Source of the DNA: the human T2T-CHM13v2.0 reference genome, Homo sapiens
Assembly: GCF_009914755.1 (NCBI RefSeq)
Contig: NC_060947.1
Length of the DNA: 64,000 nucleotides
Strand: one strand, 5' to 3'
Each line of letters begins with the position of its first letter. The stretch's first letter is position 1. The notes under the pieces are model-generated. The model had not been told where the DNA came from. It saw nothing but the letters and a program-made list of their open reading frames with translations, and ran no database searches. Below are positions 50,761 through 63,443 of this stretch, piece after piece. A program made the translations under genes and the position numbers.

Positions 50761-51335
50761 GTATAAATACAATGGAATACTATTCAGCCATAAAAAGTAG
50801 GAAATCCTGTCATTTGTAACAACATGGATGAACCTAGAGAACATATGTCAAGTGAAATAAGCCAGACACAGAAAGACAAACACTACATGAGATCTCACCT
50901 GTGTGTGAAATCTAAAATTGTCAAATTCACAGAAGCAGACAGTGGAAGGGTGGTCTTTAGGTGCTGGGCTGGGTCTCTAGTGGGGGAAATGGCGAGATAA
51001 TGGTCAAAGGATACAAAGTTTCCGTTATTCAAGACGGATAAGTTCTGGAGACCTACTGTACAACATGGTGACTATAGTTGACTGTAGTTAACAATATTAT
51101 ATTGTATACTTGAAATTCCTAAGAGGGTTTCACCTCAAGTGTTCTTACCACAAAAAAAGAAAAAGAAAAAAAATAACTATGTGAGATGATACATATATTA
51201 AGTAGCTTGATTATGGTTATCATTTCACAAAGTAGTATAAGCATATATCAAAACATCACATTGTATACCATAAATATATGCAATTTTTATTTGTTAATTA
51301 TATGTCAAGGCTGGGAAATAAAGAAACAAAAAAGG
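50761..51335 (+). mobile_element. L1MA (MA8/9-like) 3' end
   Basis: gtataaatacaatggaatactattcagccataaaaagtaggaaatcctgtcatttg...aaacatcacattgtataccataaatatatgcaattttt. Confidence 0.9.
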
Positions 51336-51519
51336 AAAACCACATAGAACACATGTTCTTCAGCCGAGGCTTCTTGTCTTCAAAATCAGCTTATTATACA
51401 GTATTAAAACATCCAATATATGCTTAGATGCCAATATTTAATTACTTTGCTCTTCATTAACTACTGAACGAACATATTTCTAAAGAAAAAAAGAAATAAC
51501 ACTACTGTGACTGAAGAAT

Positions 51520-51830
51520 AAGAGAGAGTGATGGGGAAAGAGAGAAGCCATGAAGCTGTAAATGTAGGCAAGGACTAGATCATGCAAATATGGGTTTGTA
51601 TTGCATTTTATTTTTATTTTATTATAAGTAAGCTGTGCAGAGAATGGATGGAGGGTGTAGCAGTGAATGGCCAAATAAAAACAGGTAGGATTGTGGAGCA
51701 GAATGCCTTGCCAGAAATACAATTTCCTATCTTCCTCACTTTAAAGCACCTTAGGCTATAGTGAGAGTTTAGTCTCTATCTAAAGGAAATAAGAAACCAA
51801 GAGTTTAAACAAGATGAATGATTCTTGTTA
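51520..51830 (-). mobile_element. L2 fragment
   Basis: gtaggcaaggactagatcatgca...gagtttagtctctatctaaaggaaataagaaacca. Confidence 0.55.
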
Positions 51831-51849
51831 TGGCCCAACAGTTCCTCTC

Positions 51850-52090
51850 ATGTGTAATTTTCAAACCCATCCTCATTATGGTCCTCCCTCCTCTGAATAC
51901 TTCTTGGTGTACCTATATTCTACATAAAATGTGATACCCAGAACAGACTATTACACTAAAAATATAAGCTGACCAATTGCAGAGTAGAGTGGGACCATGG
52001 ATTTCTTTAAACTACACACTATATTTTTATCAACACAAGCTAAGTTTTGATTTGCTTTGTTCAGCAGCCTCTAAAAATTATTTTTTCTTT
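51850..52090 (-). mobile_element. L3/CR1 LINE fragment
   Basis: taaaatgtgatacccagaacagact...gcagagtagagtgggaccat resembles the antisense CR1/L3 RT region. Confidence 0.65.
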
Positions 52091-52684
52091 CATTTCCAAT
52101 GTCTTGCTTTGAATTAAAAAATACCAAACAGGATAGAAGCAGCCAAAATATATCAAACTCAAATGTCACACAGATTTTGCAATCATTCCCTAAATGTTAT
52201 ACCCCTGTTTTTCTCCATTCTGACCCTCTACTCAGCCCCTGCTATTTTCCTAAGGTTGAGATTTTGAATTTAGACTTTGGTTACAGAAACTCCAACAGGC
52301 TGACCTTGATTCATATGCAGATTCTGTTTCAAGGTTAGAGCTCTGTAAGCAGGATGGTTGCAAAAGCCTCCCTGGAATAAGATTTTTAGGCATGTTTAAT
52401 TTAAAACACTAAATATTTCATCTCTAAAATGTGGAAGAGCTCATATCTGAGCTTTTAGCTTCTTTTTCTTTTCCAGATAGTTAAGAGTTGTGAATTTTAA
52501 GACCTCCAAGAAGTTGGCAGAGGACATGACATGGGAAACTTTTGCAGTGTTGATTCCTCCTGTGGGGCTAGGGACTAGTAAGGAAATTTGTATTCCAAAG
52601 ATGCCAGTAGGAAGAGTTCTACTGTCCATCCCACTGCCTCATATACTGGACAAAATGAAACACTGAGCGTATCAGTCAAACTTT

Positions 52685-52810
52685 TTAAAAAATTCAACCC
52701 AATGCACGTAAGCTATGTACTATGAGGCAAGCACTGTGCTTGCTTCTGGAAATGCAGTGGTGTATGAAGCAGTGAATAGGACACTGTCCTAGCCCTTAGA
52801 GGTCTCTAAG
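52685..52810 (-). mobile_element. L2 3' terminus
   Basis: tactatgaggcaagcactgtgcttgcttctggaaatgcagtggtg. Confidence 0.65.
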
Positions 52811-53769
52811 TACTGATCATTTAAGATCAGTACTCATATCTTATTTTTTTATTCCATTGAAAACAAATCTTTCTCTCTTCCCCCACCCCCGCACACACGT
52901 GTGGGCACAAACACAGATTCCCTTTGTTTTTCTCAACAGCCATGGCCTCACTCAAAGACCTGCTGAAAATATCATATCACCTTAGTGTGAACAGGAAGTC
53001 TCATTTGTGCGTGCTCCCAAAATACTCCAGCTCCAACAGCACCTTAACACACTAGTGTGAACACTCAACTACATTTGTGCTCTAATAATAACCTTTTAGG
53101 GATGACAGTTTTACTGCTGATAAGTAGTGTACCATGATGGATTAGTAGTTGCAGCTAGCCATCACTGCTTTTTGCAGTGTTTTAATGGATTGTTAGGTGC
53201 TTTGCTTTCATGTTTCTTTTCTTTATTTTTTCTTTCTGAGCAACAACTTTAAGATCAGAAACACAAAATGCTTCAAGAGTTTAAAAGTAATAATAAGGAG
53301 TGAGAAACATGACTGAGTTGGCATGCACAACCTATAGTCACGCAGTCCTATAAAACTCATTTATTTTATACAGCACTACTCCTGGAATTTTTAACTGTGT
53401 TTATCACAGGACATCCAAGTTTATGTTAACCAGTTGCTTACTGGTGACCATAAATTGTAACCATGTAATTGAGCTCCTCAATATGCTTCTGGGGATGTAT
53501 GCTTTTCAAGATATTTGAAGTTGGTCTGTGGAGTTCTGTGCCTCATTTCTTCATGTTTGTGTGCCCAGGACATGGGCATCTATCCTACTGAGGAGCCATA
53601 ATACCCCATCTACGATATGCCCATTTGTGCAAATTTTGATCAACTCTGTACGCTGAGTGCCTTACTCTTTCCCGGTTCTCCAGGAAGGAAAAATGCCTGC
53701 TTTTATCTTCCATGTGATAGAATTAATACTAAGTATTCTCTCTGGGGCCAGTTTAAAGGTATAATAAAG

Positions 53770-53950
53770 ATAATGGCTACCAATTAATGAGTACTCATTA
53801 AATATCAGGCACCATTCTAGGTTTTTTATATGGGCATCCCAATGTTAACCACAACAGCTCTACAAAGTAACTAGTCTCAAACATATGTTTCTTTTCCCGT
53901 ATTTTACAGCCATCAATTGCAAAACTGAGATTCAAGCCCACAGCTACTAC
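53770..53950 (-). mobile_element. MIR fragment
   Basis: taatggctaccaattaatgagtactcatt...caggcaccattctaggt...ctgagattcaagccca. Confidence 0.6.
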
Positions 53951-55374
53951 CCACTACCTATATGAAAACTAGTCTATGTTTAGAGATTCACTAAAATAAA
54001 GAAATTATTAACCCAATGACAACTTGAATATCAACATCTGTTAAAGTGGTCTATTAATGATGAAAACTTGGAGTTATCCGGAATAATGAACAAAGCAATT
54101 AAACACTTTCAATGGTACCTGAATAAACTAAGATTTGAGAACTTTTCCCAAGTTAATTAGAAAAGCCAAAAACAGTAGATGATTTTCCTTAAAGTAAGGG
54201 AAACCATCTTGTTTGGCCCATTTATCCGAAGTTAGAACCAACTGTGCTGATAGCTTTAAATGGTCCTTGATATTTCAACACATTAGAATATGGCCTGCTG
54301 CTTCATTTGCAGATAAGACATATCTATGTTCAAGTAGGCTAGTTTTTGAATACAGACAAAAAAATTTTACATACATGTATTAACATGTACCTAAAGCCAG
54401 ATATATAAGAATAATTATCTGGACTGAACCAAAGAATATTAAGTTGAACATTGTACATGAAAGATTGTTGAGCTTTATGATAAAATTTAAAATTCACAGA
54501 AAGAAAACTCCACAATTTTTGTTACCCCAATGTTACCCTTAGAAAGCTCATTAACACCATAAAACAACCAGGTCATACAATAGCTCTGAGGATGTGCTGA
54601 TTTTTAGGGGAAATTATCTTCTAAATGACATTCATTCACATAAAACTACCAACTTGATTTGAAACACTTATTATTCTCCAGTACTTGACAGTGGCTTGAG
54701 GGAATACAGGTTACAGTTTATAAGAAACAGAAAGGTTGCTACCTTGATAATTATGTTGACGTATACTAAAAGTCATTGCTTCTTTATTAAAAAAAAAAAA
54801 AGGAAATATCTTATATCTCCTTTTAGAAGGAGCTAATAGTAATCTCCTTTTTCATCACTAGATATCATGAGTAAAAAACTGCCTTGTTAAAAGAAAAACG
54901 TTTTTCAGGGAGTGAGAAAGAAAGAGGGATTATTTTCAAAGTTCTAGCAGCTCTCGCTTTTAGAAAACATATCACTCATATATGTGCCTCTCAGAGCTTA
55001 CAGGGTAGACATAAGTTGTGAGGCTGTAGAAATTAGGTAAATTGGTCAAGCTCTCTGATTTTGAAAGAGAAATCATGAGAAAATTGTTGTCAATAGACAA
55101 AAAGTAAGAATATAAGTACTTAACCTCTAATGAAACTTGAGTAATTCTGTCACTGAGCTGGACATAATCACATAGCCTTACTTATTTTAAAGTAACCGGA
55201 ATTTTAAAATGGCATCAATGCTCTTGGACATTAAGTCTTTGCCTTTCTTAAAGAGAGAGGAGTAAGAATTTACTATTTTCCAGTATGCTAATTTTCTTTT
55301 CCCCCACTTCCTGTGAACAATAGAGGAGAAGTAAAATGATTTCCTTTCAAAGTAAAAGATCTAAGATTACCTAA

Positions 55375-55590
55375 TATTTATTGAATTGTATGTAATGCTA
55401 TGCCAAACACTACCTGATTTAATCTTCACAACAATGCTGTAAAGCAGATACTGTTACTCTCCATGTTTTATGGATAAGGAGATGCAGACAAGATACAGAA
55501 GAAAAATAAATAAGGTTAAGTGACTTTCCCAAGATTACGTAGCTGATAAATATCCGAACCAGCATTTGAACTCATATTCAGACAATACCA
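55375..55590 (-). mobile_element. MIR fragment
   Basis: atttaatcttcacaacaatgctgt...aggttaagtgactttcccaagattacgtagctgataaat. Confidence 0.75.
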
Positions 55591-55749
55591 CATCTCAAAA
55601 TAAGGAAAAGAAAGGACTAAACATGTATAGAATAAAGAAAGCAGCTGAATTTAACATTCTTAGGTCAATTTAAAATTGGAAAAAAAATTGAAATTTTTGC
55701 ATGGAAATTAACTTGGCCCATGGGGTGTTTCTTAAACCTAGACTATAAG

Positions 55750-55850
55750 TCTTTTTATATCCCAGGCATCTATCCCAGTGCCTGGAATATAACAATTTCT
55801 CAAAAAATATTTGCCAAAAAATACCTGATTGCATGAGTAAATTAATAAAT
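55750..55850 (+). mobile_element. L2 3' terminus
   Basis: tatatcccaggcatctatcccagtgcctggaatataacaatttctcaaaaaatatttg. Confidence 0.7.
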
Positions 55851-58119
55851 GCCATAGTCATTTTCATAAACTGGTATCTGGGGTCTTACAGGGACAGATT
55901 TCAAACTTTTGCTCACAGGTTTGAGCAGAATAATTGAAATAGAAACAGCAATGGGGATTTACAGGAGTCTGTGGGTAGGCTATGCAAGTTCTTAAGACCC
56001 TTAGTCAAGATGTCAAAGACAAATACTGAAAACTGGCTATTAAACTCATTCATTTGAGATGCAGACCTGGAGGTGCTAGATGAGCCTGCAGCCTTCTTTA
56101 CCAGATTTTATTTCTGTGCTGAACAGCTGATTCCAGCTTTAGTTTAGAGATGAGCTGCCCTTCCTAACTAACTATTGATTAACATATTAAGAACAAACCC
56201 TTATGTTCAGTTGAGGATAGCATCATTATTTCATAAAGCTTTTTTTTTTTTTCTTTTTGAAGTGAGAAAAACACAGCATAAACTGAACATTTACTGCAGG
56301 GAGATTTTCTCCTCGTTATTCAAGGATAAAATGTGACTAGGATGATGGGGTCAGCTATTCTCTAGCAACACAAAGCCATATCTTTAAGTAGATCAAAACA
56401 GGCAGAAGGTATTCTGCAGCCTTTGCTAGGCATGTAGTCATATTCCTGGTTGAAGACACTGTTTGAGTATATGCAGCCCTGCCCCAACCCCCATTTCCTT
56501 TTGATCAATCAATAGGTGACAAAGATAACTCAGCAAGTTAAAATCAGTCTCTTTTCAATCCCATACAATATGGATCCCAAATCGACTGCCATGAATACAA
56601 CCTAGAGAAAAAAAAAAATGTTCCTTTCAAACCAACTGGCCCTGAATGCCTGCTTCCTTCCTGGAGGTGCTGAGTGTCCCCACTCCACAAGAAAAAAGGT
56701 TACCCCACTGCTTTCCCCAACCAGCTGAAGTAAAAAGGAGACAAATTTATTTGGGCATAAATTACTGGGAAAAAATCATCTGAAAGCCTCTGTGCAATTA
56801 ACAGAAAAGCTGCAGCTTTTAAGGCCAAAGCTGAACAAAGCCATTAAACATGCTGAAGGTGTAGGAGGCTGTCATTAAACACATTGGTAGACACACATAC
56901 AGGGACATTTAAGTCTGACCTCCCTGAGCGAAACCACTTCGTGTTTAGCTAATTTTGTCCAATTTTGTGATCTCTTATAAAAGAGAAATTATGCAAATAG
57001 AGTTTTATTTGGGGTATTTTGTTTTCTGTTAATGCACAAAACATCACACTATGGCTGTTATTGTCTAAAGCAATTCAGAGGGGCCACCTTCTCAACAACT
57101 CAACACCTCCCAATGCCTAGGAATGGCACCCAAGCTTCTAGGTAGGAAAAAAAAAAATTCCCAGATGAATCCATCGAAGTGCAAAGTTTAAACACATCTA
57201 GCAAGTGACTGTCATGGTCCCATCAGCACAAAAAGCCTCTCAAAGATTTATCCCTTTTCATGTTAACAGTTTTTCTATTTCTAGTGGACACATTGTCACT
57301 GCAACTCCCCCTACCCTAGCCTGCACATTTAGCTTATTATTATCCTAAGTGCCTAAATTCCTCTTCCAGTACAGATCTTTTCCTACTGTGGAGAAGTCAG
57401 CTGGTAGGAAAAAGTCAATGTTTTCTCCTTGTTAAGGTTGGCGTATGAATGGATCTTCTAATTGTGAATTAGAGAGCGCTCATAACATTAACGTGGATTA
57501 CTATGACCTAAGGATCCAACCAACCAAATACGATACATAAACATGAACACAGATATTAACACATGTCACAAATCAGCACAGTCTCTTTGTACATGGAAAG
57601 TTCAAACGTCCCCTTGGCATAGCCAATTCTACACTCACCCTTGCACTACAAATACTCTCACTTCTCCATTTGAATACCATATGATTGCTGCTAAGTTAAT
57701 ATCTATCAAAACAATTGTATCTCCTCCAAAATCATCTCCCCTCATCTTTTTATTTTCCCTATTCACCCAGTCCTGTCCCTCATTTTCTTCCCTCTATAAC
57801 CATTCTCCAAGATGCAGCAATTCTTTCATTTTGATATCTTCTTGCCTATGGCTTCCTTTGCAATCCAACCACACTACCCTGGAACAGATCACTTTCACCT
57901 TCTGCCTAAAGTAACAATTATTCTGTCTCCATTTTTCCTCCTCTCCAAACCACATTCTAAATGATGAAAACATTAATTATCATGAAATGGCACTGTGCAT
58001 ATGTTATTTCCTCCTTCATAAACTTTAATGGCTCCCCATGGACTAAAGAATAAGGCCTACCACAACTATATCTCTCACTATCCTCCTATACCTACCTCTA
58101 TTCCAACTAAAACAAGTAA

Positions 58120-58370
58120 AAATGGAACTGCCATTTAATCAGTGCTTACACGTACCAAACATTGTGTGAAGCACTTTACACATATTTAACGTAATCCTCA
58201 CACCAACACTATAAAGGAAATCCTATTATCAGTGTTTTGATGAAGTAGACATTGAGGATCAGATAAAAGAAATGATTTATCCAAGGTCATACTATACTTG
58301 CTTGGCTGATACAGGATTTTTAACATATATCTGCCCTATTCTTATATCAGTACTCTCTTCATAGCACCTT
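58120..58370 (-). mobile_element. MIR nested in L2
   Basis: gtgtgaagcactttacacatatttaacgtaatcctcaca...atgatttatccaaggtcatac. Confidence 0.75.
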
Positions 58371-58651
58371 TCACTTAAACTAGTCTTTTCATATTTTTCA
58401 AAACAAGTCATGAACCTTTCACCTCTGCCCTTTTATTCATACTGATTTGCTTGTCAGAAATGCCCTCTTCACCTCCTCTCAACACTTACTCCAAAAACTG
58501 ACTCACCCCATGTGTACCGGGGCATTCCTTTGAAGCCGAGCACACACATGATCACATATGTTCAACTCAGTTTTTTTCCCAGTATATGCTACCTAAGATT
58601 ATTACTGATTCTTTTATGAAACCATTATTTTTTCTGAATGAATTATAAGCT

Positions 58652-58954
58652 GTTTTTTTTTTTTCTTTTTTTGAGACAGGGCCTCACTCCGTCACCCAGG
58701 CTGGAGTGCAGTGGCACCATCGGGGCTCACTGCAACCTCTGCCTCCCAGGCTCAAGTGGTCCTCCCACCTCAGCCCCTCACTGGCTGGGACTACAGGTGT
58801 ATGCCACCATGCCCCAATAATTTTTGTATTTTTTTGTAGAGACGGTTTTTAACCATGTTTCCCAGGCTGGCCTCGAACATTTGGGCTGAAGTGATTCACC
58901 TGCCTCGTCCTCCCGAAGTGCTGGGATTACAGGTGTGAGCCAGTGCACCTGGCC
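58652..58954 (-). mobile_element. AluJ (Jb-like)
   Basis: ggctcaagtggtcctcccacctcagcc J diagnostic; TSD ataagct at 58645-58651 and 58955-58961. Confidence 0.95.
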
Positions 58955-59299
58955 ATAAGCTTCTTATAAGCACAAATTTGGCCTACTTATTTATGCCCTA
59001 TACATACTAAGCATCTAGTAAATGTTTGCAGTTGTCGGTGTTGATGAAGGTAATGATTATGCTTAATTTTGTAAGTTTCTTCATCCGGCTTTCCTGATGT
59101 AATCCTAAATTGAATCTTGGTGACTTTACATATAACATCAAAATCCAAAGCCAATCCTTACAATGAAAAAGAAGAACCTCATAAAAAATTAGCAAGGAAC
59201 ACTGCATTCCCAAGAGTTCCAAGCACCGCATTAGGCACATAGAAGATGTACGTAAAATACTTGCCAAATTATTGATTTGTGTCAGAAATGTCAGGTCCG

Positions 59300-59329
59300 T
59301 GCGCACACACGCACACTCACACACACACA
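59300..59329. repeat. Imperfect (CA)n
   Basis: Directly visible. Confidence 0.8.
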
Positions 59330-59774
59330 ACAGAGCTCAGGACACTGGGGTTTTAAAATCTAGAGCATGTCTGAAAGCTGAGACCATGTTGTCTCTGTAC
59401 AACTGAAACAAATAAAAATAAAACAACTAAAATAATCAAGCTGGAAAGTCACAAAGCTTAAAAATTGGCAGGTAGTCTAACCATACATCACAATCATTAT
59501 GGCACTTAAAACAGTTTAAAGCAGAAGTGATGATGAGATTAATTAGAATTTGACATATTCTTGAAAGAAGAGGGGAAAGCTTGCTGGCATGCTGACATGG
59601 TTTTATGATAGATAAACTCAATTGTTTTATTTCTACATATTTTATACTTTGTATCTTCAATCATAAATGCATGTGATAAGATACATAAAAAAAGCATATT
59701 CAGCATTTACATTCAATATAATCATTTCACCATGAGTATCTATATCTAATAAAATGGGCCTTTCAATGGTTTGT

Positions 59775-59930
59775 TGTAATAGCAAGAGCACTTAACTAGG
59801 AGTCAGGAATCTGGATTCCAGGGCCAATTATAGCTGTGTGATTTGAGACAAATAATTTCATCATTCCAGAAAGTAATTTATGAACATTCCATAAAATAAT
59901 CTCTGAAATACTAGCTCTGATATTCTGTAA
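59775..59930 (+). mobile_element. MIR3/MIR fragment
   Basis: agagcacttaactaggagtcaggaatctggattcca...tagctctgatattctg. Confidence 0.7.
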
Positions 59931-60419
59931 GTCTTATTTCATTATACCAATACTCTCTGATGGCATTTACAAAGGGACAAAAAAAGAAAAATATGAGAAC
60001 TAAAATAGTTGAAATGCTACTTGCATAAATGCATACATACATAATACATGTAAAGCAATAGCTACAGAGAAATAGATACAAACTTTTTTAGGTGTACAAA
60101 TTTTCTCCATGTGTGGAGTATGCTATTTTACTAGATTATGTCCTTTTCTAAGTCAAAACTCTGCTCAAGACTCATTTCCTCTACCACACAAGTCCAGAAT
60201 AATTCCTCCTGGCATCAGTTACTCTTATCACTCCAGCAACCTGTCAGCGTTTTAGCTTAAGAAGTTGGTCATATAAAGGTAGTAGAATGGATTGCTACAT
60301 GAGTGTTTGTCTTATGTGCCACATACCCCAAGTATAGGAACGATTGTCCTTTTCTTGGGAATGAAATGTAGCATAACTGAGAGAGTATAGCCTTTCAATA
60401 ACATAAGTATCAAACAATA

Positions 60420-61264
60420 GATAAAAATACTGCAGAAAAATAAAAGCAAATATTTATTTGACCTAAGACTAGAAAAGCACTCTGTATAACAGCAGTGAAA
60501 AAAAATGCAGAAAAAGATGGGTTGATTTGACACAAGAAATTTAGAAAGTAAATAAAGTGGGACAGATTATTTGCAGAAGCAAAATACAAATGACTATTCA
60601 TCATATAAGAAAAAAACATCAAGTATCTCTACTAATCAAAGAAATACAATTAAAATGAGGTATGAGTATTGTCTATATTATTTACAACTATTTTCTGATA
60701 GTTAACGCTAGCAAGGAGACAAGAAAAGAGACATTAATAGACTGACATGAGTGTAAATTGGTAAAGCTTTTTGAAAATTGAGCATATGTTATAAAAAACC
60801 TTAAAATTGTTTAGATGCTTTGCCTGAGTAATTTTATTCTCAGAAACGTATCCTATAAAATAATTATAGTCTCAACAAAACAAAGATTTATACCCCAAAG
60901 ATATCCATTAAAGCATTACTTATAATAGTGAAAAATTAGATATCTAAAATATCCAGGTAAACAAACAATGGTGAAGCTATTGGAAGAAGCATTAGTCACT
61001 AACATAGTATTTTTTTAAAATAGCTAATAAAATGGTAATGTGTTCTCGATATTATGTTAAGGAACAATAATCAAGACACAATTATATATGGCAGTGTGAT
61101 ACCGATTATGCTGTTTTTTGTGTGTGTACATTTTAATGCACATTAACATATTAACAGTAGTTGTCTCTATATGTTGTAATTTGGGGTGACATTTCTACAA
61201 TTTGTCTTTTACATTTTGCAATTCTCTACTGTAAGCTTGTATTGCTTTTACAAAAAGAAAAAAA
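60420..61264 (+). mobile_element. L1ME-type 3' region
   Basis: actaatcaaagaaatacaattaaaatgagg...gagtgtaaattggta...ttaacagtagttgtctct...tgtattgcttttacaaaaagaaaaaaa. Confidence 0.75.
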
Positions 61265-61460
61265 CTCAGGGACTTTGGATTCATACACATTTGAGTTCGA
61301 ATCATAGTTCTCCCATTTCTTAGCTGTGTGACATTGGTAAATTAATAAAAACCTTCAAATTTTAGTTTTTTAACTTATACATGGAATTAGTACCATCTGA
61401 CCCCCACAACTGGCTCTTGGTTAAATGAAATAGTATTAGTAATATGTATTGCACAGAGTT
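61265..61460 (+). mobile_element. MIR fragment
   Basis: ttgagttcgaatcatagttctcccatttcttagctgtgtgacattggtaaatt. Confidence 0.75.
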
Positions 61461-61614
61461 TTTACATTTTGTCTTTTTTTTCTATATATTCCCCCCATAA
61501 CATCTAGGGCATTTAATCAATGATCCTACATAATAAACAGAAGTTTACAAGTGGAAATAAAAAAGCTATATAAAAAATAGAAACTCATTCATTCACTATA
61601 GAGGAAAAGACTAA

Positions 61615-61955
61615 ATCTGAAGTCACAAATTTAAGGCATTTAGACAGCAAGAGTTCCATGGGCACCCATTCCCCTTCATATACACACACTCTGATATGAT
61701 TTTTAAGTTGTTTGTCAATATTCAGAACTCAAAAGAGTATACAAAATAATCTGGATTTCTTGAAAATCTAGCAACAATGGGTGCAAGTTCTCATTTAGCA
61801 ATCACTAGAGCTGAGAAACAGTGACTCTGTTTAGATAGATATATGCTTTAGGGGCTCACCACAATCTTCACCAGTCTCTCTTATTTCCCCAGTACCAGGT
61901 CCACAGTACTCATGTGCATTACCTTTCTGATTTCTGTTTGTGTTTGTGACTCTCC
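61615..61955. mobile_element. MER102-like hAT-Charlie element
   Basis: gaaaatctagcaacaatgggtgcaagttctcatttagcaatcactagagctgag...tttgtgactctc. Confidence 0.55.
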
Positions 61956-62233
61956 AATTTAACTCATCTACCAAAATCAACCAAGGGGGAAAGATCTTTC
62001 TTCTTTACTCATAAATTGAAGTAAAATTTTAGGTTTAGTACTACTACTTGTTCATATTTATGTTTTATTTTCTTACTAATACAGTAGAAATATATTAAAA
62101 TGTTTAAATGAAAATGATTTACAAGCCAGTATAAACACCACAATGTTAATGGAATTATCTTTCCTATCTGGAAGCTTTAATGGCATTTTAACCACTTAAA
62201 ATAATCTCTAATATTTGTTAAAATAAAGCCCTT

Positions 62234-62518
62234 CAAATATACAGTTTGATAGAAGAAATAAGACCTAGTGTTTGATAGATCAGTAGGATGAGTATAGATT
62301 ACAATAACCTACTGTATACATCAAATTAACTCGAAGAGAATAATTCAAATATTTCTAGAATAAAGAAAAGATAAATATTTAAGGGAATGTTTATCCCAAT
62401 TATACTGATTTGATCTTTACAAATTATATGAATGTAGTCATCACATGTGCGTCCAAAATATGTGCATCTATTATGTATGAATTAAAAAATCAAAAAATTT
62501 TAAAAGAGAAAACACAAA
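62234..62518 (+). mobile_element. Short L1MA (MA4/5-like) 3' end
   Basis: gatagaagaaataagacctagtgtttgatagatcagtagg; TSD taaaataaagccctt/taaaataaagctctt at 62219-62233 and 62519-62533. Confidence 0.85.
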
Positions 62519-62699
62519 TAAAATAAAGCTCTTGTAGCATTACTGACAAGAAAGTTGAATTATTTTTCTTTTCTATGGGGTCCTACATTAATTTACACCA
62601 GTACCATCCAGTATCCTTCACGTGGCATGGGTGAGGAATTAAACCAATGTCAGCCACTGTAAGACTGGCTTAGCCCAGAAGAAAGAGAAATATATACAT

Positions 62700-62726
62700 C
62701 CATACATACATACATACATACATACA
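62700..62726. repeat. (CATA)n tetranucleotide repeat
   Basis: Directly visible. Confidence 0.9.
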
Positions 62727-63443
62727 CAGAAGACAACCAACAGAAGGTCAATGGCTGACACAGTTATGGTTTACCCAGCCCTATTTATTAATTATAATGT
62801 TGATGTGGATTTTATTTGTTGACATAGAAATATATCTACTCCACAACATAGTATTGAGTGGAAAAAGTAGTTTATAGCAACATACATAACATGATGTCAT
62901 TTCACTTTAGTTCCAGCAGTCATTCTTCAGTCTGTCTTAGTTTTCCAAATTTTTGTGAGCTCCCATTAGTTTGTTTTTCTATTAGCGTTTTAGTAGGAAC
63001 TGGGAGAGGTATCTTAAGTGATGCTTAGCCAGGTGCCGTTTTAAACTCAAAGTCTCCATAGCAATTATTAGAATCTTTCTTTTTCTGCAAGCCAGAGGAC
63101 AGAATAATTGTGGATATGTTAATAGAAAAGGAATATTATTACTTGTTTAAATTAAGCTGGGCGGGGAGGGCAAGGATGTGACAGCTGCAATTACATTGCC
63201 CTTTACCAAACCAGGAGGCATTTCCTATTATCACCTGCTTGTTACGCTCAAACAGCAGTTCTGTGCCTTAGGGTGGTAATCTCCTTTAGGAGAGAGAAAG
63301 GGCAAAGACAGTGCCCCTATCTCCATGGTCAGTCTTACCTAGGAGATTGGCCTCTTAAAAGTTTATCCCAAAATCAGGTTGATCTTTGTAGATCACTTAG
63401 CTAAACACCTAGGCACACATCATCTGACTCCAAGATACAGGAC

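Larger units (their letters stand above)
57640..59050 (+). mobile_element. Degenerate L2 interrupted by MIR and Alu
   Basis: aaactttaatggctccccatgg; ttgtcagaaatgccctctt; 3' end tagtaaatgtttg. Confidence 0.6.

Noticed and set aside
43549-51335. L1 twin-priming 5' inversion as the explanation for opposite-strand L1MA halves
   Set aside because: The halves are separated by kilobases of older unrelated repeats, and MER54/LTR16 are also split, which twin priming cannot explain.
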